A stretch of 63,743 bases of DNA, filler included, from Licmophora abbreviata (Eukaryota): assembly GCA_900291995.1 (NCBI GenBank). It is 12 parts of 12 records of this genome, joined end to end, with 100 filler letters (N's around TTAATTAATTAA, not from the genome) between each part and the next. Parts side by side here need not be neighbours in the genome. Positions count along the whole stretch, not along the records: positions 20,733 to 28,528 come from OLMU01006015.1; positions 28,629 to 30,685 come from OLMU01006018.1; positions 30,786 to 33,014 come from OLMU01006020.1; 9 more parts are not named here. One strand, written 5' to 3'. Each line of letters starts with the position of its first letter. Position 1 is the first letter of the stretch. The notes under the pieces were generated by a model. The model had not been told where the DNA came from, did no database searches, and saw only the letters and a list, made by a program, of their open reading frames with translations. The translations under genes and the position numbers were made by a program. This document shows, in pieces, positions 22,030 to 31,635 of this stretch.

Positions 22030-23373
22030 CTATGGATCTTCATACCACTCCACATCGACTGTATAGATTCGATTGTCCCCAGTCCAGGCATAGTTTGAGG
22101 CGTGATACGCGACATTCAGTTCGGCCGCCAGACGATACACATTCGATTGAAAGGACCCGACAAGAAAGTCTGCTCTCCGCATCGTCTCAATATCGGCCCC
22201 AATAGCACCCATCGATCCGGCACGATACTGTCGGAACCACATGAAATCACTGTCACTCGACCCTCTTCGGACGTCGGGTTGCAAGTGGAACGTCCATTCA
22301 TGAGCGTAAACGTCGCCGACAATGCTGGATGACGGTGTAGTGAGCTTGTCAGCAATGTCGGTATTGTCCGTTGCCACATAGATATGACGCACGTCCTGGT
22401 GGTCGCTCCGAATCATATCGGCGATCTCCATGAATCGGTCAAAACTACGTGTCACTGTCGCGTTTCGACCGAAGTCTCTTGCCAAGTCCGCAACGTTGTC
22501 AGTCATGCGAACATGAAAGGCAATGTAGCGCTTGGCGGGTGGTATTGTAGTGGGACGGCGAAGCTCGATTGCCTGTCGCAAATAGTCGGTGGATCGATCC
22601 CACCAGTAGTGAGCCATTTGTGATCGTACCCAGAATCGACCGTACTGGCGTTCGTAGTGTGGTATCACGTCTGACAATATGTTGCGGATCAAGTGAATCA
22701 ACGGGGGCACTTCAACAACTCGGACTGAGCCATAGTACTCGGTGTCAAAATACTCGCTCCAGGCTGTGGCATTCAAAATTCCAACGCCGAGTGGCTGCGG
22801 AAGGGCAGCAGCAGACGATTGTGTATAGTTGTGAATGGCACTGGAGTCTGATGACCTGGGGACTGAGCAGTTCGAAACTGGGGTCCATAAGCACCTGAGT
22901 AGATTTCCCGCTCCATCAGCGCATTCTTTGGGAGCATATGCCGACACAAAGTCTGGGGACCACACAAACACGCGGTTCGTCGCAACAGCAACCTGTAGAT
23001 ACTTCAAGAAGAACTGAACTTCATTTGCAAATCCATCGAAGATGACGTCTTGCTCTGGTTTGTATAAGATGCGAGCATGATGGCAGTTGGGTGTCGTCTG
23101 AGTCGATTCGATAAACTTTTGAAAGCTTTGTTGAGTCTGCGTCTGTTGCCTAAGCTGGGTTTCCATACAGTCACTCTTCATTGGAGACTGAAGAGGCGGC
23201 GTCATACTCGTAGTCGTCGTGACATCTATCAACCAGAACAGTCGGGCCATTGTCGAAAGAAGACTCCCCAGCAAGAGTCCCGCGGCGAGGGCCAGCCGGA
23301 CGTTCGAAATGTTGCTTCTTCGGCCAGCACCGGCAGGACTACTACAAGATCGGGTAGTCTTTCCATCGAACAT
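22030..23373 (-). CDS. Alpha-1,6-fucosyltransferase-like glycosyltransferase (GT23/FUT8-like), type II Golgi membrane protein
   Basis: N-terminal TM. Motif I FHVRMTD, motif II IYVATD, motif III DIETMRRADFLVGSFQSNVYRLAAEL. Confidence 0.85.
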   Translation of the reverse strand: MFDGKTTRSCSSPAGAGRRSNISNVRLALAAGLLLGSLLSTMARLFWLIDVTTTTSMTPPLQSPMKSDCMETQLRQQTQTQQSFQKFIESTQTTPNCHHARILYKPEQDVIFDGFANEVQFFLKYLQVAVATNRVFVWSPDFVSAYAPKECADGAGNLLRCLWTPVSNCSVPRSSDSSAIHNYTQSSAAALPQPLGVGILNATAWSEYFDTEYYGSVRVVEVPPLIHLIRNILSDVIPHYERQYGRFWVRSQMAHYWWDRSTDYLRQAIELRRPTTIPPAKRYIAFHVRMTDNVADLARDFGRNATVTRSFDRFMEIADMIRSDHQDVRHIYVATDNTDIADKLTTPSSSIVGDVYAHEWTFHLQPDVRRGSSDSDFMWFRQYRAGSMGAIGADIETMRRADFLVGSFQSNVYRLAAELNVAYHASNYAWTGDNRIYTVDVEWYEDP

Positions 23374-23976
23374 GTCAATGGATTATGGATTGCTAAGCAC
23401 CTCGTGTCCCGTGTGCGATGAAGCGATGCAGTGCTGCAGTACTCTTCCGATAAACATCCGGATACTACGAATCTGCTTGTCTAGGAGGCACAACGCTTCA
23501 AATTCTGAACACCGCCATCAGAGAAAAAGAGGGTTCCCGGCGACGAAGTTCATACAAAAGTGAGGAGTGTCGCGCCCGCCACGATAAGGAAATTCACCTC
23601 CGGGTTACACTGGTAAAGCTTGTCAAAAGACTTAATGATATGACGTCAAATACTTCAAAAATAGGTCTAAGACAAGAAAAGAATGTCTTCTTCCGACAGA
23701 TTACAGCATAAATATCGGATGCCATCTTAGATCATCTTTCGAAGTGTGCTTATGCCATTGTGGGATATTTCATTGCGTGAATCACGATTGTCCTCGTATG
23801 TGCTTGTCCATCACGAAAGGAGCTTCTCTGGGGTGACGCTCCTCCACTGGACGAGAAGTTCTGTTCCCTCTACTGGTACGCACGTATCTTCAAGTATACT
23901 TCGCGAAGCTTATGCCGCTCGAATCTTACAAGAGAATTCACTCGAACAGCAAACAACCACTGAATCAATTGATACC

Positions 23977-24879
23977 ATGCCTTGCACTCACGACGACGAA
24001 GACCCCGCGGACACCTCTCTGAGGGCCGTAACACCCCCTCAAGTTTCCAGCACGTTCAGTAGAAGCCCTCTTGAGAATAATTTTTGTCCAATCGACAACA
24101 AGATGCGATCCGGTGAAGGCGAATCTTCCCCCACGGGAGCGGCATCGTATCTTGACGAATACGAGGAAATTGCTCCGTCCTACTTCATACCCGGCATTAC
24201 CGCGAGAGCACGTTGCCTCTCAGATGTAGGCAGCAAGGATGATGATAAGCTCACCGAGGAGAGGACAGCAAGCTCATCTTCTTTCTCCACGATTACAAGT
24301 TTCTCCGCGTCGATGGAAGCTCCTGCTGCCGCCACCAACTTCTCCGACCTGAACTTGTCGATGCGACAATCCTCAAGGGGTGCCCCCGAAGACACATGCA
24401 GTCGGGATTCAGCCTCCATTGGCGATCCAAACATCCTTCAAGGATCAACTACCTTGCTTGAATCACTGCAAGAAGGATTTGAAGAGTCGCTTCAACTGCA
24501 AGATTCGACTGTGTGGCATCATCATGCCAACAACAACGCCGACACCGACGACGATTCAGACCAAATCTTCGCATGGGATGATGACAACCGGTCTGTCAAA
24601 AAAGAGCTACCGCCGCTTGAACTCTGGAAAAAGGAAAACTGGGATGAGCTCAGTTCGTCTCGGGGAAGCGTCGAAAATCGAGATCAGCTACAGCACGTTC
24701 GCAAAATGTTGGAAGCCCGCTATCATTTGGGAGTTCGACGCGGAGCCGAACAAGCCAAGCAAGCACCTCACCAAGTACGTGTGATAAATGAAGAAACGAA
24801 GAAGAAGAAGAAGAAGAAAAGTGGAAACCGAATTTCTGCTCACAGGGCTCGAAAACTTTCTACCCATCTGCCATCGTGA
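23977..24879 (+). CDS. Hypothetical protein, mostly disordered, with poly-Lys C-terminus
   Basis: About 300 aa from an ACCATG start. No family recognised. Confidence 0.55.
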   Translation: MPCTHDDEDPADTSLRAVTPPQVSSTFSRSPLENNFCPIDNKMRSGEGESSPTGAASYLDEYEEIAPSYFIPGITARARCLSDVGSKDDDKLTEERTASSSSFSTITSFSASMEAPAAATNFSDLNLSMRQSSRGAPEDTCSRDSASIGDPNILQGSTTLLESLQEGFEESLQLQDSTVWHHHANNNADTDDDSDQIFAWDDDNRSVKKELPPLELWKKENWDELSSSRGSVENRDQLQHVRKMLEARYHLGVRRGAEQAKQAPHQVRVINEETKKKKKKKSGNRISAHRARKLSTHLPS

Positions 24880-25052
24880 TCGTAACGTGCGCTCCATTTA
24901 TATATTCCATGGGTGGAACATGGCACGACCCTGTTCTACTGTAATGCAAGGACAAGCAATGGGATTGTGTAATAATCAGACTGTATGTAGGAAAACTTCA
25001 CTTTATTCTAGAGGTACTGGACGTAGAGATAAGGCAGAGCTATCATCATACT

Positions 25053-26584
25053 TTAGATTCGAACTTGTGCCGACTGGTCCCAACGATGCTGATCGTTTCG
25101 GCCTTCATCCGCAGCCGGTTGGGCCACATGGTTGGGATGGGCAGGAGCGGCTGACGACTTGTCCTTTCCGGTCGTATGGGTAGGACTTACCGATTCGGAG
25201 CCAGTTTCGCCCGCGTTTCCGCCGCAATTCCAAATGCTATTAAATCCGCGAGACAGACCCATCCCACTCCAGTCAGCACTCCCGCCCATATTGGCACGGG
25301 GCGAAAAGCAATAGCCATCTTGCGCCATAGACTGGAATTCGGCTTCGTAGTTTCGAGACTGATCTGCGGTGTGGTTGACGTGACCATTCGTATTTTGATG
25401 ATGTGCGTATTTGTCATGATGCACTCGTCGAGAACTTGGTCGATCGCGGGGGTGTCCTTTGAGTTTGGGTGGAGCGCTGCTGTGCATAGGCGGGCGTGGT
25501 ACTGATGGTGAAGGTGTGGCAGGAGATACCCGTTTGCGACTTGGACTTGTCAATCCCGATGCGTTGCCACTGTGGTAGGGCGATGCGCCGCGAGTGCGAT
25601 TGAAGGACAGCAACACCTCGTCGGGATACTGCGAGGTTTCGCGAAGCTTATTTGCTCCATCCCGAACGAGATACTTCATTTCATCATATTCACCCATGAT
25701 ATACAATGAGACCAGGTTTGCCGGGTCTTTCGAGTTTGGAGCCTGTAAAAAACAAAGGTAAAGGTGTAAGTAACCCACTCGTACTTCGATTGCCACGCAA
25801 TGATATGTACAAACCCAACTGGGACGACACTCACCAAGCCAGTTTGAATTGACTCTTCCACAAGGTCCTTAGCCTTGTCAATCTTGGCTGCTTGTCGAGA
25901 CTTTTCTCCGCGTTTAACCTTATTGCTACGGTTGCTCCTCGTAGCGCGAGCGTTCTGTGTCAAGATGGTGCCACTCCGGTCCACCGTAATGCCGCGGAAG
26001 ATCTGAGCTGTTCGAATGGCAACCTCAGTTGGATCTGTCATTGTAGACGAATCTTCGCTGCCACTGTATGTCAGAGGAGGAGGTTCCTGCGCATAAGGTC
26101 CAAGTAAGCTTCCTTCTGCGCGCACATTGTTGGAGGAGAGTCCAGCAAACGCAGAATCGAGGTTCAGCTTGTAGCACCGCATACGCTTGGCACTCGAGAG
26201 AGGTCCAGCCGCGGGACCATCTTCCTGCATCGGCTCTGGAGTTGACGTCGGGGCGAAATGCATAGCTGATCCTGTGACTGCATACGCACGAGAGGATCGA
26301 GTAGAGCTGGCCGGATTCGACGAGCCCTGGGGTCCCTGTGCCGGAACATGAACCTGCAACGATCCCTTGTTGTCTCGTCGACTCTGTCGGGCGCTCGACC
26401 GTACATTGGATTTCTCAGACGAGTCCGACATCATAGTAGAGTCTCTATGCTTGTAGCGGTGATAAACGGTCGGCTTGTCGTCCCGTTCTTGTTTATTTCG
26501 CGTCGAGGCCGACATGTTGTGACCTCGACCAAACTCTGTGTTCTGCGATCGGGCCTCTGATGGTAGTGTCGAGCACTGGCCCAT
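25053..26584 (-). CDS. Hypothetical protein with predicted N-myristoylation/palmitoylation start MGQCS; intron 25743..25834
   Basis: Intron gtgagt...cag joins SIQTGL-APNSKDPANLVSL in frame. ATG at 26584 gives MGQCST. Confidence 0.7.
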
Positions 26585-27658
26585 TGCGGCCTGAAGGAAG
26601 TAATCGAATGGTGACGCCGTCTTGCCAGTTGTTGTTGGATCGTCCAAAATCCTACTGTATGACTACAGAAGGATCGGGACAATCGCTACTTCCTTGCCGA
26701 AGGACACCTGCGAGCGCACAACGCCTGTGTGGGCTCTCCAATACACAATTCTATCGTAGCTCAGTTTATGTGCACCGTTTCTCCGGCCATCCACTGCTTG
26801 CTTGCCGTGATGAGTATTGGGGTAGCAATGTAGAAGCGAGTCTATCTTAGATCAGTTTTCGTGGGATCGAACGAGAGCGATGATTTCGACTGGCACCAAG
26901 GGGTAGGTAGAAAGACTCAAGGAGCAACGTCTCGTCTCGGCGATGGAGTCCAGGAGATTGGTATGGGTGAAGTCGACACCCGCGTCCAGAGCAATAGAAC
27001 AGTGCTGAAAAGATGCAATAGCAAGTGTAGACCCGTCAAATCACAGCACTACTCCCTCAACAGAGAGTCGCAATGTGATACTCGCCGTCGTCTCCAACAA
27101 TGTGAGCGAAATTTTGGGTGCCTGTGTGGAGATACGGGATCGCAGTACTTACAACTTCTGCGATACTCATCGCCAAAAGAATTCATACTTAGGGAGGACG
27201 GACTTTTTGCGAGAAGATCGCTGTTTATTGCGAGTATTTGAGCACGTTTATCTATATGTATCTTATTCGGCGACCTCAACGTATCAAACATATCTCGGTA
27301 TTAGACCTTGAGGAATATTCATCAAGACGTCGCCAATCGGATTGGGCCTACTGACATTTTTAGTTAGAGTCAAGTCGGACGCCGTCGCGCACCGCGAAAC
27401 GTGTGATCAATAAAATTGAGCAACGAGCAGAGGCTTGAATGCGAAGAGAGAATGAGATCGCCAGTTGCAGATGATGGAGATCAGCGGCGGCTTCCATGCT
27501 TGTCCACTTCAAACAGCTAGTACGGTCTCGATCATTCTTCCTCTTGTCTCATTTCTAGATTGTGATCTTTTTGCTGCTCCATCTACCATCTACCATCAAG
27601 CATACTGCAATATTGATCACAAACACCTCGTCGCTTCCCAACTCGTCCCATGCTTCCG

Positions 27659-28197
27659 TCAGATGCGAGTGCGCCATCCAAGTTCGTACTTGTTCTTCCA
27701 TCGCACGCGCTGTACTAGTTTCTGCTTTGTCGAGTCGAGTCTGACAGCGCCGTTCTTGTTGTCGTCGTGGATTCCAGCGACGCCAATCGGATCTGTGTCT
27801 CTGTGACTGACTTTGACATCGTGTCCAAGCGCTTCAAAGAGCATCGCCTTCCGACCCATCAGACCTAGAGTAGCAAAGACGCGATCCATGCTACAAAATT
27901 CCGTGCTTTCAAGTAGGACCTGGATCTTTGCCTAGAGAGGTACTTGCGAATCAGGTTCAAATGCAAAGTTTTCCCATTGAACGGTGTAAAAAACTCGCGG
28001 ATCATCCGATCTTCCTGGCTGGACACGAAAGCACGACCGCCGATGCGCTTCACGACCGTATCACGCATCTCTTCTGCCGCCTGATTACGTCAGTCGTCGT
28101 CACGAGTCACGAGAAGAAGGCTGCTCACATAGGAGGAGTCATATCGTCGTCTCTTCAGAACACGGACAGCTTTGAGAAGTAGCTCTCTGATGTGCAT
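27659..28197 (-). CDS. Possible three-exon hypothetical gene; introns 28081..28128 and 27891..27943
   Basis: Two short GT-AG introns, the first with a ctgac branch point, join three ORF pieces in frame to give about 145 aa. No homology recognised. Confidence 0.3.
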
Positions 28198-28378
28198 TGA
28201 TCGGGTGGCGCATCCTATTTCATTAGAAAGAACGGTATCACATGAGATTTGACTGAAGAGCAGCCTCTAGACACTGTTGCTTCTACTAGTATCATATAGA
28301 ATATCCATCAAACTAATCCTGTCACTTAACCACTCTGCATTCACGCGACCCCTTCTCAAACCCACACCCCGTGGCTGC

Positions 28379-28528
28379 CTACTCTCCACTGCGGATCGGC
28401 TCATCCTCGTCCCATTGACCATCATGGCGGATATCTCCATTCGCAAGGGTTTCTCTGCCACTGCCGTGAGCCATACCCTGCTTCCATTCGCCATCGTATG
28501 CACGTCCGTCGGACCACTTACAAACTCC
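28379..28528 (-). CDS. C-terminal fragment of a second MORN-repeat protein; 5' part lost in the gap
   Basis: Reads GVCKWSDGRAYDGEWKQGMAHGSGRETLANGDIRHDGQWDEDEPIRSGE*. Absent from the ORF track. Confidence 0.85.
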   Translation of the reverse strand, partial: GVCKWSDGRAYDGEWKQGMAHGSGRETLANGDIRHDGQWDEDEPIRSGE

Positions 28529-29124
28529 NNNNNNNNNNNNNNNNNNNNNNNNNNNNNNNNNNNNNNNNNNNNTTAATTAATTAANNNNNNNNNNNNNNNN
28601 NNNNNNNNNNNNNNNNNNNNNNNNNNNNGTTCGTATCTTGTGTGATGCTGTTGGGGTGAAGTGCGGAGAGAATGATCACGCTCTTGCGTGTTGTGCTTCG
28701 TCAACCAAGATCGAAATTGATTCCGGGAAAAGTACTCTGTGATAATGTATGGCTAATTTTTATCGTACCAAGATCCTCCCTCATCAAAGTTCAAAGTCTT
28801 GAGTTCGGTATGGAGTATACTAGTCGAGTGAGTCGGAGTTGGAGAGAAACTGAAGGAGTCTGGAATCCAACTGCTCGCGTGTCTGCGGTATCATCTTTCT
28901 TCGAAGCGGTTTCAAAAAGAAAAAGGTAAAGCAGCATGACGGAAGACGCGACACTAGCTCTAGATTTATACAACCATAAGCTCTAAAGCATGAGTAGACT
29001 AAACTCTTTCACACAAAGTACCCGAAACGGGATGCGAGCTTTCCACCTTTCTCATTGCAGAATGTGTATGATATCATTCTGCATGCGCTCGCTCGATTGA
29101 ACCTGCTCGCCAGTGTACCTGTAT

Positions 29125-30456
29125 TTACAGTGTTGCCTCTTGCTTGCTTGTCATACGACTGTACCACTGCAACAGTAGGAAATACAACACTCCCATGGTC
29201 GTTCCAAGCGGTGGACGTCCTGCAAACAAGACTGGGTACTGATGTGAAAGGGCAGTCATGCCATTGTACAAGAGCGTCGTGACAACGATGGACGACAAGA
29301 AGGTCATCAGAAACCGCGTCGACATACTTGCAGCAGCACTGCTCTTCTCCACACAGTAGTCGTTGTTGTTACGACTGCACACTACTGCATCGATCATGCC
29401 CATAGTACTGCGCGTCAAATGACCTGTTGCAGCATTGACAACCACATTGGTACATGCCAGTGCCGATGCATTGATCATGCCAAAGGCTGCAGCAAAGAGA
29501 GGCAGTTGAATGCTTGCATCCACCCTACCAAGAACCACGTCGCCGAGTGCAAACAAGAGGAGTGAGGCTGTCGCCACGTAACGTAATGTCGTTGACGACG
29601 TTGTGGGCGATGATAAAGTCGTACTACTCCGAACAGGAGCAGTCTCAACACTCTTGTTCTTGTTGTTCGTCACAAGATGGTGCATACATCGATAGAATCC
29701 AACTCCACCCGCATAACTCGAAAGCATGGTCGCAAACAAGAGTGCATCTCGCCATTGTCCCTCTGCCAAGGATGTTGCCAATCGAATGCTGTTGCCCGTC
29801 ATCATGTTGCAGTAGTAGCCAAACGTTCGATAGGACAGGACGTCGACAACACCCGAGAGTACCGCCAAGCATGATATGAATGTCTGTTGTTGTTGTTGTT
29901 GTTGTTGTTGTTGACGACGAAGTTTGGACTGCTGTGGATGGTGTAATGAGAAGGTGACGGGCCTCGATAGTACGGATGATGATGGTGACTCTCCTCCTAG
30001 TAGAGGTACTTCCCCATGTGGTCGTCGTCCGGTCAACGCTTGTGTCGCTCCTACAAGAGACGTCGTCGTTGTCATTGTCGCGTTGGACTCTTTACTAGTA
30101 CTAGTAGTACTGGTTGCTGCAAGGGTGGGTTCTTCTTGCGTCAAAAACTTAGTTGGGTTGTCTCTGCGTAGCGTTGTCGTCTGTGAAGAGGACTGTCGAA
30201 TGCTGGGAAGCGCCGATACTTGCTGCTGCTTGTTGTTGCTCACCCACAAGAGCAGGAGTGTGAGTCTTACAAGCAGCACCCGCCGAGTGCAGTTCACTGT
30301 CCTCTGCCGATGCTCGATTCGAACTGACATCTCGTTCGTCATAGGCAAATGGCGAAGTTTGTAAGTTTGGCGGTCTTTTGATGTTCTCTCTCCTCTACTA
30401 GCTAGCAATGACATTTGCAAGCTCCTGGTACCAGCACTGGACTGCAACGCATGCAT
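29125..30456 (-). CDS. DUF1275 (YoaK-like) membrane protein with low-complexity N-terminus; true start may be further downstream
   Basis: LAVLSGVVDVLSY...NMMTGNSIRLA and AAAFGMINA...NAATGHLT motifs, with several TM helices. Confidence 0.75.
   Translation of the reverse strand: MHALQSSAGTRSLQMSLLASRGERTSKDRQTYKLRHLPMTNEMSVRIEHRQRTVNCTRRVLLVRLTLLLLWVSNNKQQQVSALPSIRQSSSQTTTLRRDNPTKFLTQEEPTLAATSTTSTSKESNATMTTTTSLVGATQALTGRRPHGEVPLLGGESPSSSVLSRPVTFSLHHPQQSKLRRQQQQQQQQQQTFISCLAVLSGVVDVLSYRTFGYYCNMMTGNSIRLATSLAEGQWRDALLFATMLSSYAGGVGFYRCMHHLVTNNKNKSVETAPVRSSTTLSSPTTSSTTLRYVATASLLLFALGDVVLGRVDASIQLPLFAAAFGMINASALACTNVVVNAATGHLTRSTMGMIDAVVCSRNNNDYCVEKSSAAASMSTRFLMTFLSSIVVTTLLYNGMTALSHQYPVLFAGRPPLGTTMGVLYFLLLQWYSRMTSKQEATL
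29884..29913. repeat. (CAA)n microsatellite encoding a 10-residue poly-Gln tract
   Basis: ctg(ttg)9 on the + strand, inside the DUF1275 CDS. Confidence 0.9.
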
Positions 30457-30785
30457 CGACTTTGTCTCCACTGTGCAACTTCAAGAATAATGGGAAGGCA
30501 GTAGATGGATGTTCTCGTCGCTCATGGTGCGGTTTGAGAAAATTGACCGACGACGTGGCGTCGTGTGATTTCATCCTTGAATCACGAGTCAGTCACGCTT
30601 CGAGTCGGAAGCAATTTTGAATGTAGTGGAACAAGTAAAGGTTTTGTATCGTACAGTGCCGGATTTCAGCATGAGAAGCAATCATNNNNNNNNNNNNNNN
30701 NNNNNNNNNNNNNNNNNNNNNNNNNNNNNTTAATTAATTAANNNNNNNNNNNNNNNNNNNNNNNNNNNNNNNNNNNNNNNNNNNN

Positions 30786-31271
30786 TACTTGTGTCGTTTC
30801 ATGAGGGGAAGAATCTCGACTCGACGGCTCGCTTTCTTGCACCTCGCGTCGTCGAGGGGTAGAAGGCGGCGTAGAAAGCGGTCCGATACTGGTCCTCCGT
30901 GATGGATGTGTGAACTCCGTTGTGGCTGTTCTAGCTGATAGATGTTCCTCGAGGACTTTGACGCGCTTTCCAAGGTCATCCAACTGGTGGTCCTTGATGG
31001 ACAACTTCTCTTGGAGATCGACAATTATTTTCATATTGTTAGTGTTGTCGTTCTCCTTCGCAGTCTTACGTACGCGCTTGGGAACGTAGACGGACGAGGG
31101 AACCGTAGTGAGGGGTGAGGGTGGCACCATGTGAGCATTTGGCACTCTTCTCATTCTCTTGTCCGGCATGGCGGAGCTGTCTTTCGATATGATGTTCGGC
31201 TTTCGGCAGATTATGAGCCGACGTAAGATGGTGAAAAAGTTGTGAGAGAGTGATTCATTCGGGTCTTTCAT
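30786..31271 (-). CDS. Hypothetical protein with short coiled coil, truncated by a gap
   Basis: IIVDLQEKLSIKDHQLDDLGKRVKVLEEHL heptads. Start uncertain. Confidence 0.45.
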
Positions 31272-31635
31272 TCGTGCTTCGTTACTTATCACAAAACCGC
31301 GCTACTTTTAGTCCCAGGTGCACCTGCAACTGTGTTCGAAAATATCTCGTTTGCTTCACGTCTTGCAGCTGTGATAACCGATGGCAATCTCCCCCCGGAG
31401 CAATGATACCATCTTCCGCTGCAAAGAGATAAGTGTCCTTTGCTTCAGCTAGTCTACCGCTGCTTTGTGCCCCTGTGGGGCGAATGCACACAAAGAGCCG
31501 TTATCGATAGCACGCCAATGTCGACGGCCCGATCTTTAACACCTAGTAAATGTAGACGAGCAGACCTCTATGGAATCTGCTCCTCCAAACACAAGCATGT
31601 CCCGACTAACAACTTATTCTCGGATGGCCTGTCTT

